Source: Camelus dromedarius (Eukaryota). Taken from it: DNA of 64,000 bases. Below, piece after piece: positions 12,719 to 24,530 of the stretch. Position numbers and translations under genes: made by a program. Under the pieces are notes generated by a model. The model saw only the letters and a list, made by a program, of their open reading frames with translations, did not search any database and had not been told where the DNA came from. Numbering within the stretch: the first letter of the stretch is position 1; the number at the start of each line of letters is the position of its first letter. The stretch lies in contig NC_087451.1 in the NCBI RefSeq assembly GCF_036321535.1, forward strand, positions 9,734,001 to 9,798,000. The letters are read 5' to 3'.

Positions 12719-13839
12719 AGTTGCAGTTACTCAGCTGAATCCGAGCCAAGGCAGTGGAGCATGCTTTCCCTCACATGCACAGAGGCAAGGAGTTCTTAAA
12801 TCTGACACCATGTAGGGTGCCGGGGTATGAAAGGGAACAGGAGCCACATAGGCCCTGTCTTTGTAGAGTGAACCATTCGGAGGAGATGCTGGCCAAGTGA
12901 GCAGATAAATATACAACGTGGAGCAGAGGCATCCAGACCAGCTGGGGAGGCAGAGATGTGGAAGGGAGCAGCCATTCCTCCTTTAGGAGTGACTACACCT
13001 TTGTTGTTTACTAGTCAGAAGGCAGGTCACCTCAGCTCAGTCACTGTCTCCTTTGGTCCCCACTCTGGTCAATAGCACTCAACTGCAGGTGGACCATCTG
13101 AGGATGGAGGTGAAGCCGGGAAAGGCAGCTCTTTCTCACCAGAGTGCAACAGGCCCAGCCAATGACCAATGTGGGACCTAACACCCGGGGACTTCAGTGT
13201 GGGGAATTGATCTGGGGCTCAATCTCATAAGCATGGCTAGGATAAGGTGCTGGAGGAGTGGTCTGTCCACACCCAGGCTGCTGATGCCTAATGATGTGCA
13301 GCTTGTGTTGTGCACGGACACTTGTGGGAGGGTTAAGCAGGGGGCAAAACTCCACCTGCGTTTTAACTGATGAACTGTGTGCCCAGTTCAAAGCTGTGTC
13401 AGGTCGGAGACAACAACCATCAGCCTGGTCAAGCTCTGCCCTTATCTCCAAGAGGCTCCTGGCTCTTAAAGATGTCCTATAGGCCAGCAGGGACTCTGTC
13501 CATGCCACAGCAGGCCAGCTGGTTGGCTGGGCAGTGGGGGACAGGAGAAGAGCCTAAAACAAGCAAATGGCACCCTCCCAAGTGTGAGAGCTTGGCAGGG
13601 GCCTGGGTGAGGCACCCAAGCCACATGGACCGAGCAGCAGTGTCCAAAACCCCAGGAGTGTGTGTGGGGGGAGGGGGGGGTCTTGGTTGTCAGCCTCATC
13701 TCAGGTCCTTCTTCACCCGCACATCACCTCGAACTCTGAACTAAAAATGCCTCTGGCCTGGGACAAACCTGGACCTGACCCCACCCCACCCACAGCCCTT
13801 CCAGCCTCTGGCTACTTTCTCCTTTAAAAAAAAAAAATC

Positions 13840-14700
13840 ACCTCCCAATAAGCGTTGCACGTGCTGCTGGTGTGAGCGCCAGCGTGGCCCCCTAAAGAAT
13901 CGCTGGCCCCCACATTTCAAAGTGGAGCCGGAGGAGTGCCGGTGATTTCTGGGTGCCACACAGATCACTCCCAAGCTCTGATCTATGGATTGTTTTGATT
14001 TCTTCCTTTGAACTCTTCCCATCCCGCTCCAGCGGCAGACAGAGATACTGAATTAAGCGACAGACAAGTTGGAGACAATGAGCGCCCGCCGGGGNNNNNN
14101 NNNNNNNNNNNNNNNNNNNNNNNNNNNNNNNNNNNNNNNNNNNNNNNNNNNNNNNNNNNNNNNNNNNNNNNNNNNNNNNNNNNNNNNNNNNNNNNNNNNN
14201 NNNNNNNNNNNNNNNNNNNNNNNNNNNNNNNNNNNNNNNNNNNNNNNNNNNNNNNNNNNNNNNNNNTTCCGACGGGGCCCTTTGTTTTACACCACTCAGC
14301 AGAGATGCCTCGGCTGGGCTGAAGATTTAACCAAATTATAATGACTGATGCTCAGCAGCGCTGTGCCCCTAATTAGAACAAGTCGCACAGACATATTGTC
14401 TCCCTGGTTTCCTCTGTCCCATTTCTCACACTCTCTTTCTCTGCTCACGACACATGGGCCCCATTAACCATTCTCGTATTTAATGTNNNNNNNNNNNNNN
14501 NNNNNNNNNNNNNNNNNNNNNNNNNNNNNNNNNNNNNNNNNNNNNNNNNNNNNNNNNNNNNNNNNNNNNNNNNNNNNNNNNNNNNNNNNNNNNNNNNNNN
14601 NNNNNNNNNNNNNNNNNNNNNNNNNNCAGTCATAGCTCATCCGGCTGGAAGCCAGACAGCGGGGGCGCCACCCATCAAAAGTGTTAACCGGGACCCTCGA
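13840..14700. promoter_or_regulatory. Candidate conserved non-coding element / developmental enhancer (two masked cores)
   Basis: Unique, CpG-bearing sequence: CACGTG 13858, CTTTGAA 14006, CTTTGTT 14280, TGCTCAGCA 14349, CTAATTAG 14369; N runs at 14095-14266 and 14487-14626. Confidence 0.4.
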
Positions 14701-16079
14701 CTAAGCGGAGACTTCCTCTGCACTGTTCTTGGAAGAAAAATAACTTAACCCAAACATAAACTGATATTGTCCATTTTACGACACTCAGTCTGATCACCTA
14801 ATCTGGATCACAACAAAAGGGGGTGAGGGCCTTCTAGGTATGTCATAATTTATCCTAAAAGGAAGAAGGGAAAACACCTTCCTGGGTCTGTCCTGGGCAG
14901 AGTCCAGATTTGAATTCACTTGGGAGGCTCGCTTGCCTTGATCTCTGCAAATTCACATTCTGTAGGAAAGGAGTTTCCTCCCGTGCCAAATCGGGAGGGA
15001 GGACTCACACTTGTGAAACAAGTTGGCCACAAGGACAGAAATCAAAAGTATATCTCAGGCAGCTCAGTGAGCTGAAATTCTATCTTCCCTGAGCCTTTGT
15101 ATGTGGAAATGTTATCCCGGGTGTCTGGATATAGAAGCACCAGATATACACACCCACGCCCAAGATAGGGGTCTATAGGGAAGGAGCTGAAAGGATTCTT
15201 GGGGAAGATACCAGAGAGCAGAGCGGCTGGCTGGGCGTGTGTGAAGACAGATTCCACACCCCGCATGTGTTGTCAAGCAGCAATTTGGAGTTCTTTGCAT
15301 TAGGAACATTCTGGGTGAAACCTTTGAATTGGAAGGGCTTCTGAGGCCCTCTGGTCCCCCAACACCCTATTCCAGAAAGCCCTCTAATGCATGACTGCCA
15401 CGGTTCACATAGCACCTGGACTTCCCAAGGTGGCTGATGGTGTGTGGGTTGCTCTAAAGGCCTGTCATGGAGGGAGCTATCCATCTGTGTGACCTCCGGG
15501 AAGGCATTCAACCTCTCTAATACTTCTCTCATTCAACAAATATTTACCAGGGAATGTTCTAGGCCCTGGGGATACATCAGCATACAATTTCTTAATCATT
15601 TCAAACAACTACATTATCTGTGACATAGAAACAATGGCTCACCTCACAAATGAGCTCATGTTTTTCAAGCTCGTGAGCGGTATGCAACTGTCATGATTTT
15701 TCTTAATTAGAATGATCAGAAAAGTTTTTCTGTATGTATGTAAATTGGCTCCCCTGTATCTCCTCCCCTTTGGTTTTAGACCTACCCGAGAGAATGCACC
15801 AACTTCTTCCTCAGGGACACGCATCCCTCTCACACATCCTCTTGTGTTTGCTTCTCTAGGCAGAATGTTTTGGGATCCTTCCATCTCTCTTCACTTCGAA
15901 TAATTCCTGGAACTTTCTCCATCTTAAACAGCCTGTCTCTGAGTACACTCTAATTTGTCTGTTCCCTTCTCGAAATCTGGTGCCCCAAACCAAACGTAAT
16001 ATCCCCGATGTCATCTGACCCTCCAAGGGTTCTGGATTTCCGCTAATTCTTCTATCTCATGTTGTGTTGACTGTTGGCG

Positions 16080-16386
16080 ATCACATCACACTGTTGGCTT
16101 ATTCCGAGTCACTGGTCATTTACAAGCCTCAGATATTTTTCACATGATTTCCTGCCAAGGCAATCTCCCCCACTCTATGTATTTGCCATTTGTTTTTTGC
16201 ACATAAATGCCAGACTTTACACGGAGGCCCGTTACATTGGGTCTTATTGTTTCTGACCCAGCATTCCAACCTGTCAGGATCACTCTGGGTCCTCATTCTG
16301 TCACCTCTGGTATTAACTCTCCCTCCCAGATCTGTGACATCTACACCTTTGATCAGTATGCCTCCTGAGTTTTCGTCTAGTGATAA
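16080..16386 (-). pseudogene. CR1/L3 reverse transcriptase remnant around the catalytic motif
   Basis: LDENSGGILIKGVDVTDLGGRVNTRGDRMRTQSDPDRLECW...CKVWHL resembles CR1 LDEG..LIKFADDTKLGG..NT..DR..IQ.DLDRLE.W..KCKVLHL; SQQCDV follows after a frameshift. Confidence 0.85.
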
Positions 16387-16889
16387 ATCAGGCAGGATCA
16401 AGGATAGATAGAGCCCTCGGCACTCAGCAAGAAACCTCTCTGGAGGTTGACATCCATTGTCACGAGTTGGACACGGCCCCTTTAAGCAGCGAGGATGAAG
16501 CATGAGCAGGGCTCCACACCCGCCCACCCAGGGGACTGCCTCTGACTCCCCCTCTGCCTCCCCACCTGCTTCTGCCTTCTTGCCTCTCCCTCCTGAAACC
16601 TGCCTCTATCTACCTCCACCTCTGTAGGTCTTCTTGATGACTTTTCTTTTCAGGGCTGCCCCATCCTCTATCCACCTGAGCCTCCTCTCAGGGTCTGCTG
16701 TCACTTGTCCTGCCTGTCCCAGGGCTTCCTCGCCCAGAGTGTCAGACTTTCACTCCCTGCCAAGCTCAGGCCAGTGTGTGACTTCTCTCCACCACCCCAA
16801 CCGAGTCCAGCACATGGGCTGTGACATCCATCCAACATTCAACACTCTTTGGATTCAGCTGTTGTGCCAGCTGCAAATATATAAAACCA

Positions 16890-17080
16890 CTACTCTCATC
16901 CAACCCACATTTCACCATCTTAGCCACAAGGAAACCATGAGAGGAACTGTGAACCCTCAGCTGAAATCAAGACCTGCAATGTTTATGGCGCACACCTGAT
17001 TCACAAACATGGTAACCTTATCAAAAGAGGAAATGAGGTTAGTTTGGAATAACTTGTGCTCAGTGAAATCATTTTGCTTT
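16890..17080 (-). pseudogene. CR1/L3 RT N-terminal subdomains remnant
   Basis: Hand translation QNDFTEHKLFQTNLISSFDKVTMFVNQVCAINIAGLDFS*, then HGFLVAKMVKCGLD in another frame; compare CR1 QHGF...CQTNLISFFDRVT...YLDFSKAFD...KCGLD. Confidence 0.85.
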
Positions 17081-17419
17081 TGACTGACCACGGCATTCCT
17101 TCCTAAATGCTCACCCACCATCTGCTCCTTAATCCATTCTGTTGTCCAGGATCTACCTCAAACTCACTTGTCTGGAGTTTCCAAAAACAATCTTTTTTCT
17201 CCTTTATAAAAATCAGAATAATCTCTGCCCAGTTCCTAATTCTGGCACTGCCTCCTATTCTCCACAATTACTTAAGATTTACTGATGGTGGCTCCCTGAT
17301 CCCACCGGAAAGTTCTTTCCACACCTCGGGATGTGAGTCATTGGGTCAGGTACTTGGACCCAATTGAATCTGCTTCTTGTCCCTTTCCTATCTAATCTCC
17401 TTATCTTTCTTGAGCTCTG

Positions 17420-17885
17420 AGCCAGGCAGAACGCCTTGGGCTGCCGGGAGAAGAAAACCCAGGTTCAACTGGCTTAAACAATAAGGAAAATTGATAACCT
17501 CATAAAATGAGACACACTAGGTAGAGGGACTTCAGCATTGCTTACTTCAGTAGTTCCATTACATCTTCAGGGCTACCACTCTACCCTTCTACTCTGCCAT
17601 CCTCGGGTTGTCAATTCGATTCCTTCACGGTCAGAAGATGGTTTTTGCATTTCTAACAATCCCATGCACACACAATGTCCAACAGTAAAAGAAGGACTGT
17701 GGGTTCCATATATCTCTTTTTAGAAGCAAGGACACATTTGCAGAAACCTTGACAGAGCAGTCCTCACATCTCATTGGTCAGAATCAAGTGTCTTGCCTGC
17801 CCTTAAGCCAATCAGTGATGAGGGAAATGGAACCACATGATTGTCTTGGGCTTCTCAGGATCTGTCCCTCAGATGTGGTGGAGGG
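17420..17885 (-). mobile_element. Old MaLR LTR (MLT1K/L-like) inserted in the L3
   Basis: aactggcttaaacaataagg, cctcacatctcattggtcagaa, cccttaagccaatca. Confidence 0.6.
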
Positions 17886-18499
17886 GTGTTAACATCTAAA
17901 AAAGTCATCCATCTACCAAGAAGGAGGGAGTAAATGACCACTGAGTGGGCTGTCACTGTCCCTTCATGGGCTTCCAATCTCTATATATTATTTGTTCTTC
18001 TCTTTCTAGTTTGACATCCTTGCTAGAAAAATTATATTCTCAACTTCTATTCGATTTTCTCTGTCTTCTTATCTATCATTCTTTCTTTTTGCCCAAGCAA
18101 TGGGGCTACCCTTACACTGTTTTTCTTTCACTAAACAGAGTCCAAAGGGTTTCTATTGTCCTCAGAATGTCTCCTTTAAATACAAGTTTATTCTGAGCCT
18201 TAGCCTCACTCCCCTGTTCCCACAGACCCATTCTGCTCTTTGGTGCTCATCCTCAGGGTCCTGGGCCTATGTCTTTTTAACGTCAAGAGTTCACCACAGA
18301 GCAAGTTGCATGGCCCCGGTGTGGCTTTAGTCACTTTTCTCCCCACTTTTTCTCCCTATTGGGGTCAGCTCTGACTGTAGTGTTATAATGCCTTTTCTAG
18401 GAACATTCTACCTTCCTTTATGAGGTCATCAGTTACTAGACCAGACTTCCCTATGACCATTCAAAATGTGTCATGATGGACATCACTATGTTGTCCCAG

Positions 18500-18940
18500 G
18501 GGCCCTGTTTCCTTTTTGGAACTGCTCCTCACCCACCATCCTCAACCCAACCCCCATTGCTGGGTGAAACAGTGACCCAGGCTGGGTCACCCATAGTACA
18601 TGCTCCATCTTGTAACAGTGATTGGCCCGGAGGTGGGCATGAGACCCAGCAAGGCCAATAAGAGATCTGGCTTGCACTGAAAAATAGAGACTGAGATAGA
18701 GAAAGGGCACTTTTCCACCTGGGTTATAAATCTGAAATCATAGGCAACTGCGTTCCCATCTGTCTGCAGATGCCAAGACACAGAACCAACAAATGAGGGA
18801 AGAGAGATCAAAGTAGCCCTAATTGTCTTGTTCGAGCTCCTGACTACAGCAGCCAACCACCAGTGGGCTTCCCAGTCACAAGGGCCAGTTTACTCTCTTA
18901 TCAATGGCTAGTGGAAGTGCCCTGCTTAATATGTATGTTT
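18500..18940 (+). mobile_element. Old MaLR LTR (MLT1K-like) inserted in the L3
   Basis: gtgacccaggctgg...acagtgattggcccggaggtgggcatgagaccca...gttcgagctcctgactacagc. Confidence 0.55.
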
Positions 18941-19349
18941 ACCCGCTGGGGGACACGTTTGTGGCCAAAGCCTTCTTTATCACTATCACAGCTTCCAAAA
19001 TTACATCATCTCTTTCTTCCCAGTGTCCCATAATTTCCATAGGAACAGCGAGGTCACCACTCCATGTATGAAATGCCAAGAGACAGCACTCTTCCTTGTC
19101 TCCTTTGTCTTTTCAGAGACAATGATGTTTGCTATGCAAAGTGAAAAGGCTTTTGCCAATCGCTGGACCCCAGCAGATGACTGGCAGGTTGGAAGTCCTC
19201 ATGATTTTTTTTTTTTTTTTTTTGCCTGTATCTGTGCCAGAGAATCGGAACTTAGAATAAAAAAAAAAAAAACAACAACAACAGAATCTATATCTTTTGA
19301 GTCCAGGTAGTCACATGTCCATAGGAGCTCAGACTCTGCAGGGTCTGGA

Positions 19350-19560
19350 TTCTCACCCCATTCTCTACCTGGGTAGCCTTGGACAACTTGCTAGACCTTC
19401 CTGATCATTGATTTCCCCATCGATAACATGGGGACTGAAGAGAAAATTTCAATTTTTATGACTGCAGTGGAAATTAAACGAGACATTGCATGTTAAATTC
19501 TTTGATGGTGCCTACCGATAGAAAAAAAGCAAAAAATATAAGCAGAACTTACTATCATTT
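19350..19560 (+). mobile_element. MIR SINE
   Basis: ctgggtagccttggacaacttgc...gatttccccatc...gtggaaattaaacgaga. Confidence 0.6.
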
Positions 19561-19619
19561 TTCTTATTTCATTGCCCAGGTTTTCTACCTTGTTCACCCT
19601 CATGTTAATTAATATTCAC

Positions 19620-19810
19620 ACTCCTTGCATATACTGGGCAACTCCTCCCTGCCTTTGCAAGAACTCTCTTTTAAAACCAGTTGCATCCTTCCATGGCTGG
19701 AGAAGCACCATCCCACCAGGTGTCCACCTCTCCGAAATCATTTTTGCCTCCTCCTGTTACATTCGCCTTGTTTCTCTGTTCCATGTGCTGATGCCCAGAC
19801 TCCTGAGCAT
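19620..19810 (-). pseudogene. CR1/L3 APE endonuclease N-terminal remnant
   Basis: ORF 19671-19913 reads GGKNDFGEVDTWWDG...AMEGCNWF, then GGVAQYMQ after a frameshift; compare CR1 YDFIGITETWWD...IEGYNLF...GGGVALYVK. Confidence 0.75.
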
Positions 19811-20341
19811 CTCCGCTTCCCTGTTTGCACCTCTGTTTCCTGTTACCTTTGCCTGAGAGGCTGACTCTGAGCTCTGGCTCAGTCTGCAGACCATCTTGCC
19901 ATCTTGTTTGCATTTCCCTGCCACATCATATAACCCAAGTTCATATCCTTGGTTTCTAAGGAAAGCGCTCACACAAGGCATTTATGAGCACAGCAGAAAC
20001 AGCCCCCAATGAACATGGATCATTCTTCCTTCATCTACCCTGACGTGATGCTTTACCTTGTCGGCCCGCTACCTTCTACTCTCTTTCCCATTTCCTTCCA
20101 AGTGCCCCAAATTCTTGTTCTTAACCAACGTACAAAAGTTTTAGCTGATTTTTTTTTTCTTGACACTTGCTACATTACTTCTACAGGGTCCTACCTTTAA
20201 TCCAAAACTGCTTACCTAGGCATTTTCCTGAATAAAACAATTTCTTTCTTAAGAAGATTTCTGGTTCAAGACATAAGAATTTCTTCATTCACTCATACAA
20301 TTCATAGCATTTTATATGAGATTTTTTTCCCCTCCTTCTGC

Positions 20342-20770
20342 TTAAAGTATTTTGATCAGGTAGGGAAGTCTCCTCCACATATATTGTTCTTCTTGGTTTT
20401 TAGGACAGGCATTCCACACCCACACCATCCCTCTGTTATCCTGAGCCATGGTCTCCGATGCCAAATCCTATTTTATTTCACTGTCTGTAAAGGGTCTTGA
20501 TTCCTTCTAGGTGAAGGCCTTAATTTCAGGAGAGAAAGGAAGATGAGGGAAATAAAGATGGCTGTGCCTCCCATGCCTTCGAGTTGTTCCATTTTTTATT
20601 CACATTATTAAAAATCCCAGTAGTTTTGGTGGCCCAGACGCCTACTCACCCCATCAGTGATATTCAGGGGACTGACTCAGTAAGTGTAGGTAGTGATGAT
20701 GGTTCTGAGAGCTGTTGGCAGGTTCTCCATCACACCTGACACATGGGACCTAGACAGAATCCTTTCCAAT
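20342..20770 (-). pseudogene. CR1/L3 ORF1 C-terminal (esterase-like) remnant
   Basis: Hand translation GFGIGDHG...RDGV and, frameshifted, RRLPYLIKIL* (stop 20342-20344); compare CR1 ORF1 GFGFLDHG...RDGVHL...RRLANLIRRALN*. Confidence 0.6.
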
Positions 20771-20979
20771 TAAGTCACGTTGGCTCTACTCGTAGAAAAT
20801 GCCATCCCACGTCTCAAGGGAATCGTGTTCATCACCACAAGGCAGCACAATCTCCTCAGAATAGTAAACACACTCCTTCCACTTGCTTATACCTGTTAGT
20901 GTGCTGGTGGGTGGGTCTTGAGTTGGGGTTTTTTCGTTACATCTAGACTTACCATCTCTGATGCTATACCTGGTTTAAC

Positions 20980-22750
20980 AGGTTCTGGTAGAGGGGCCGT
21001 CTGAGGCTGAACTGAGAATGTAATCAGATTTCATCATGGTAGATAGTAAAATAGGGCCACAGTCCAAAAAAACAGCACCAAAGGTGGGCCACAGGGTCCT
21101 TAATAGGTGTATTGGCTCACAAAGATCACCTTGGATAATTGCAGAAAGAGATGGTCGGGCTTGGAAAGAAATCAGAAAACTTAAGTCTGGAGGAGGAAGC
21201 CACAAAAGAATAAGGATTCAGGGACTGAATACAGGTGCAGGGGCTCCCTGTGGGGGAGCTCAGAGAATCTTACCAAACTCTTGGCTCCTGCCAGGGTGGA
21301 TTCCTGTTGGCTAACTGCAGGTGCCATGACGTCTGTGCCCAAAGGACACACTCCAGAGCCCGTGTCAGCTAAGGGAACATGGGCCTACAGAGAGCACTTC
21401 CAGGGTAACTTCTGCCTCTCTTTCTCCCCTACATCACCTTTTATACCATCTCAATTCTTGACCTTTTTAGCAAATTCCCACCCTAAGCTTTGAAGAGTCT
21501 GCAGATGAGGGCATAAAAGAGAGTGAGAGGAATCTTATTGGAAAATGGAGGAAAAGGGATCCTTGTTACATGGTGGTAGAAAGTTTAGCAACACTGTCAT
21601 CTGCAGTTTTGCGGAAAGAAAATATACCTAATGAAGTGAATCTAGCTAAGGAGATTTCTAAGCTATGTGTTAAAAGGTGGCACTTGGTTTCTTCCTCTTG
21701 CTTGTAATAAAATGTGAGAGGACACAGATAGGCTAAAAGGACTGTTGAGCATGAAGGAGCCAGAATTTGATAGTCTTGACATTTTTCAACCTCCCAAGAT
21801 GGCAAACAATCCTAAAATTAAGACGTGTCTTCCGCACAATTGTTAATGTCAGGGCACTGCAAGGAAAACATGTAGAAGATGAAGCCAAGGATGTTGCAGT
21901 AAACCCCTTTGCTGAGACCTCAGAAAGCTCTAAGGTAGTATCTCAGAAGGCTATTCAATCAGAAGAAAAAAGTCCTCCTAAAAAATTTAAGTGTGTACCT
22001 TGCAGAAACTCTCAATTAAACAACAGAGTCTCTAAGAGGTTTAAGAACATTGTCCCACAGCAATTTCAGCATAAATCCACTGCCTTATCTCAGAGAGATT
22101 TCTGGGGGTAGCCTTTCTCTAACGTAACAAACCCAGTATTGTTCACAGGAGACTCACAAAGTTTTTAAGAAAATTACATTTGCAAAACCACAGCTGACTT
22201 GGACGGAAAGGGACAGAAACAGTATACAAAATGAAAATGATCTTTGAACCTCTCCCCACAAATTGTGGCAGGAAACAGGCGAGAAAACTATACAACTGCA
22301 AACAAGACTTCATTTCATGGAAAACAAAAGGATGACCCAAGGAAGAACCAAGACCCCAGGAGGTGGAGCAAAGAGCTATGAAGAATTACTCCCAGTCAGG
22401 AGTAAGACCAAATGTTACTCAAAGAACTTTTGACGCTCATCCAGCTGCATGTCAGACTTGTCAAGGGCCAATGAGTTCTCTGTGCCTCCCATTTTCCCAA
22501 TTTTTTAACAAAAATTTCTATGGTGGCTATCCTGTGCCTGTCCAATCATTGTACTTTGAATGTTTGCATTCACAGGTCTTCATATTTGAGAGGAGCTATA
22601 TTTAAGAAGTTGAATTTAAGGAATTTCACCTGAGGTTCCTCATCAGCTCCTGATTTAGATTAAAAAATGGAGTTGATACTGACGTTCTGATGTATCAATA
22701 CCTTTGGGGGCTTTGGGTGGGAGTGAGCATATGTTGCATGTAGGAAGAAC
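20980..22750 (+). mobile_element. MaLR internal region (MLT1-int)
   Basis: ggaaaatggaggaaaagggatccttgttacatggtgg...ctagctaaggagatttctaagc is typical MLT1-int and runs into the LTR at 22760. Confidence 0.6.
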
Positions 22751-22759
22751 ATAAATAGT

Positions 22760-23225
22760 GTGTGGCCAGCAAGTGGACTGTACCTGTTTAAATGCCCACA
22801 GATTTGTTCATACTCTTCCCTTCAATAATTGGAAATGAATTTCCACCACTGGAGTGTGAGCTGGACTTAGTGACTCAATTATAATGAATAGAATAAAGCA
22901 GAAGTGACGGCGCACGCTTTGAGTATTGGGTCATGAAAGGCACCACAGCTTCCTGCTTGCTCATTCCCCTTTAGATCCTTTGCTCTAAGGGAAGCCAGAT
23001 TCTATGTGCATGAAGACACTCAGCCAACCTGTGGAGATGCTCACATGATAAGGAACTAAAGCCTCCTGCCAACACCCATGTGAGTGGGCCATTTGGAAGT
23101 GCATACTCCAGCCCCAGTCAAGCCTTCAGATGACTGTACCTCTCGCTGGTATCCTGACTGCCACCTCATGAGAGACCTTGCGCCAAAATTACCCAGCTAA
23201 GTCACTGAGTTCCTCACCCACAATA
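22760..23225 (+). mobile_element. MaLR LTR, MLT1F family
   Basis: gctggacttagtgactc, ccagccccagtcaagccttcagatgactg, cctcatgagagacc, acccagctaag. Confidence 0.8.
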
Positions 23226-23304
23226 AATGGTGAACACAGCCCCTCATCTTCCACCCTGCAGACCTACATGTGACACGCAGCATGAGAGAGAAATAAATCT
23301 TTAT

Positions 23305-23775
23305 CATTTCCATGTGCCTGTTGGCCATCTGTATGTCTTCTTTGGAAAAAAATGTCTATTCAGGTCTTCTGCCCATTTTTAAATCAGGACGTTTGGGTCT
23401 TTTTGATATTGAGCTGTACGAGCTGTTTTAATATTTTGGATATTAACCCCTTATTGGCCTTTTCAAATTCAAATATTTCCCCCCATTCAGTTGGTTGTCT
23501 TTTCATTTTGTCGATGGTTTCCTTTGCTATGCAAACGCTTTTAAGTTTAATTAGGTCCCATTTGTTTATTTTTGCTTTTGTTTCCTTTGCCTTAGGAGAC
23601 AGATCCAAAAAAAATATTGCTATGATTTATGTCAAAGAGTGTTCTGCCTATGTTTTCTTCTAGGGGTTTTATGGCTTCCAGGCTTATATTTAGGTCTTTA
23701 ATCCATTTCAAGTTTATTTTTGTATATGGTATGAGAAAATGTCCTAATTTCATTCTTTTACATGTAGCTATCCAA
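23305..23775 (-). mobile_element. L1 ORF2 C-terminal fragment
   Basis: Minus ORFs read [29 protein letters not shown] and [14 protein letters not shown]...KRQPTEW. Confidence 0.9.
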
Positions 23776-24049
23776 ATATTTATCGTTTCAAACAACTGAA
23801 ATTTGAAGAGTGCTTGTAACAGCAGCCTAACCTAGTCTCAGCTAACTGAAACACTAGGTTTTACCTCATGTTAAAGCAAAAATAAAGCCCATATGCAGAA
23901 AACTACTGCAAGTACCTGTGCTTCCTCGGTGTCTCAGTAAAGTAATAATGATGCTTGGCTTTCTGTCGGAAATTTTCTCCAGGTCCTGGATTTCCTACGC
24001 TCATGGAAAAGTCTGTTTAATGAGAGTAAGAATTATTCACTCCCTAGTT

Positions 24050-24222
24050 GAGTGGTTCTGATTTCAGACTCACTGGAGAGTTTGATATTATACAGTCCCA
24101 GGTCCCACCTGCAGAAAGTCAGCTTCAGGAGTTCTGGAGAGAAGTTTAGGAATTCGCCATTCTAACAAAAGCACCAGGAAATTCTGATGCAATTGGTCTT
24201 CAGACCACGCTTTGAAAAACTC
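24050..24222. mobile_element. MER5-like hAT MITE
   Basis: gagtggttct...ttctaacaaaagcaccaggaaattctgatgca...cagaccacgctttgaaaaac. Confidence 0.55.
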
Positions 24223-24284
24223 CAGGCAAGCACATAGTAGACAACCCGCTGAGGGACATCAGCTATCGGTCAGGCAAAGTCGCG

Positions 24285-24530
24285 GCAACGTAGCCCCATG
24301 GTTAAGAGCGTGGGTGTTGCAATCGAGCAGAATTGGGTGAGAATTCAGGCTCCGCCACTTATTAACTCTGAAACCCTGGGCAAGTTACTGTCTCTCTCTG
24401 CGCCTCCATTGCCACATCCATACAATGGGGATCCATTATTAACCTCCTTAGGATTATTGTGAGGATTCAATGACGTGGTATATTTAAATTACTGGGAGTG
24501 GTACCTGACGCATCCTACATGCCCAACAAA
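24285..24530 (+). mobile_element. MIR SINE, near full length
   Basis: catggttaagagcgtggg...ggctccgccactta...cctgggcaagttac...ttgtgaggattcaatga. Confidence 0.7.

Larger units (their letters stand above)
15630..20770 (-). mobile_element. Fragmented near-full-length CR1/L3 LINE fossil, interrupted by later insertions
   Basis: Collinear minus-strand remnants of ORF1 C-terminus, APE endonuclease, RT and 3' end (see sub-features). Confidence 0.8.

Noticed and set aside
14652-14670. Possible CTCF site cagcgggggcgcca
   Set aside because: Only the 3' half matches; the key CCASYAG 5' core is missing
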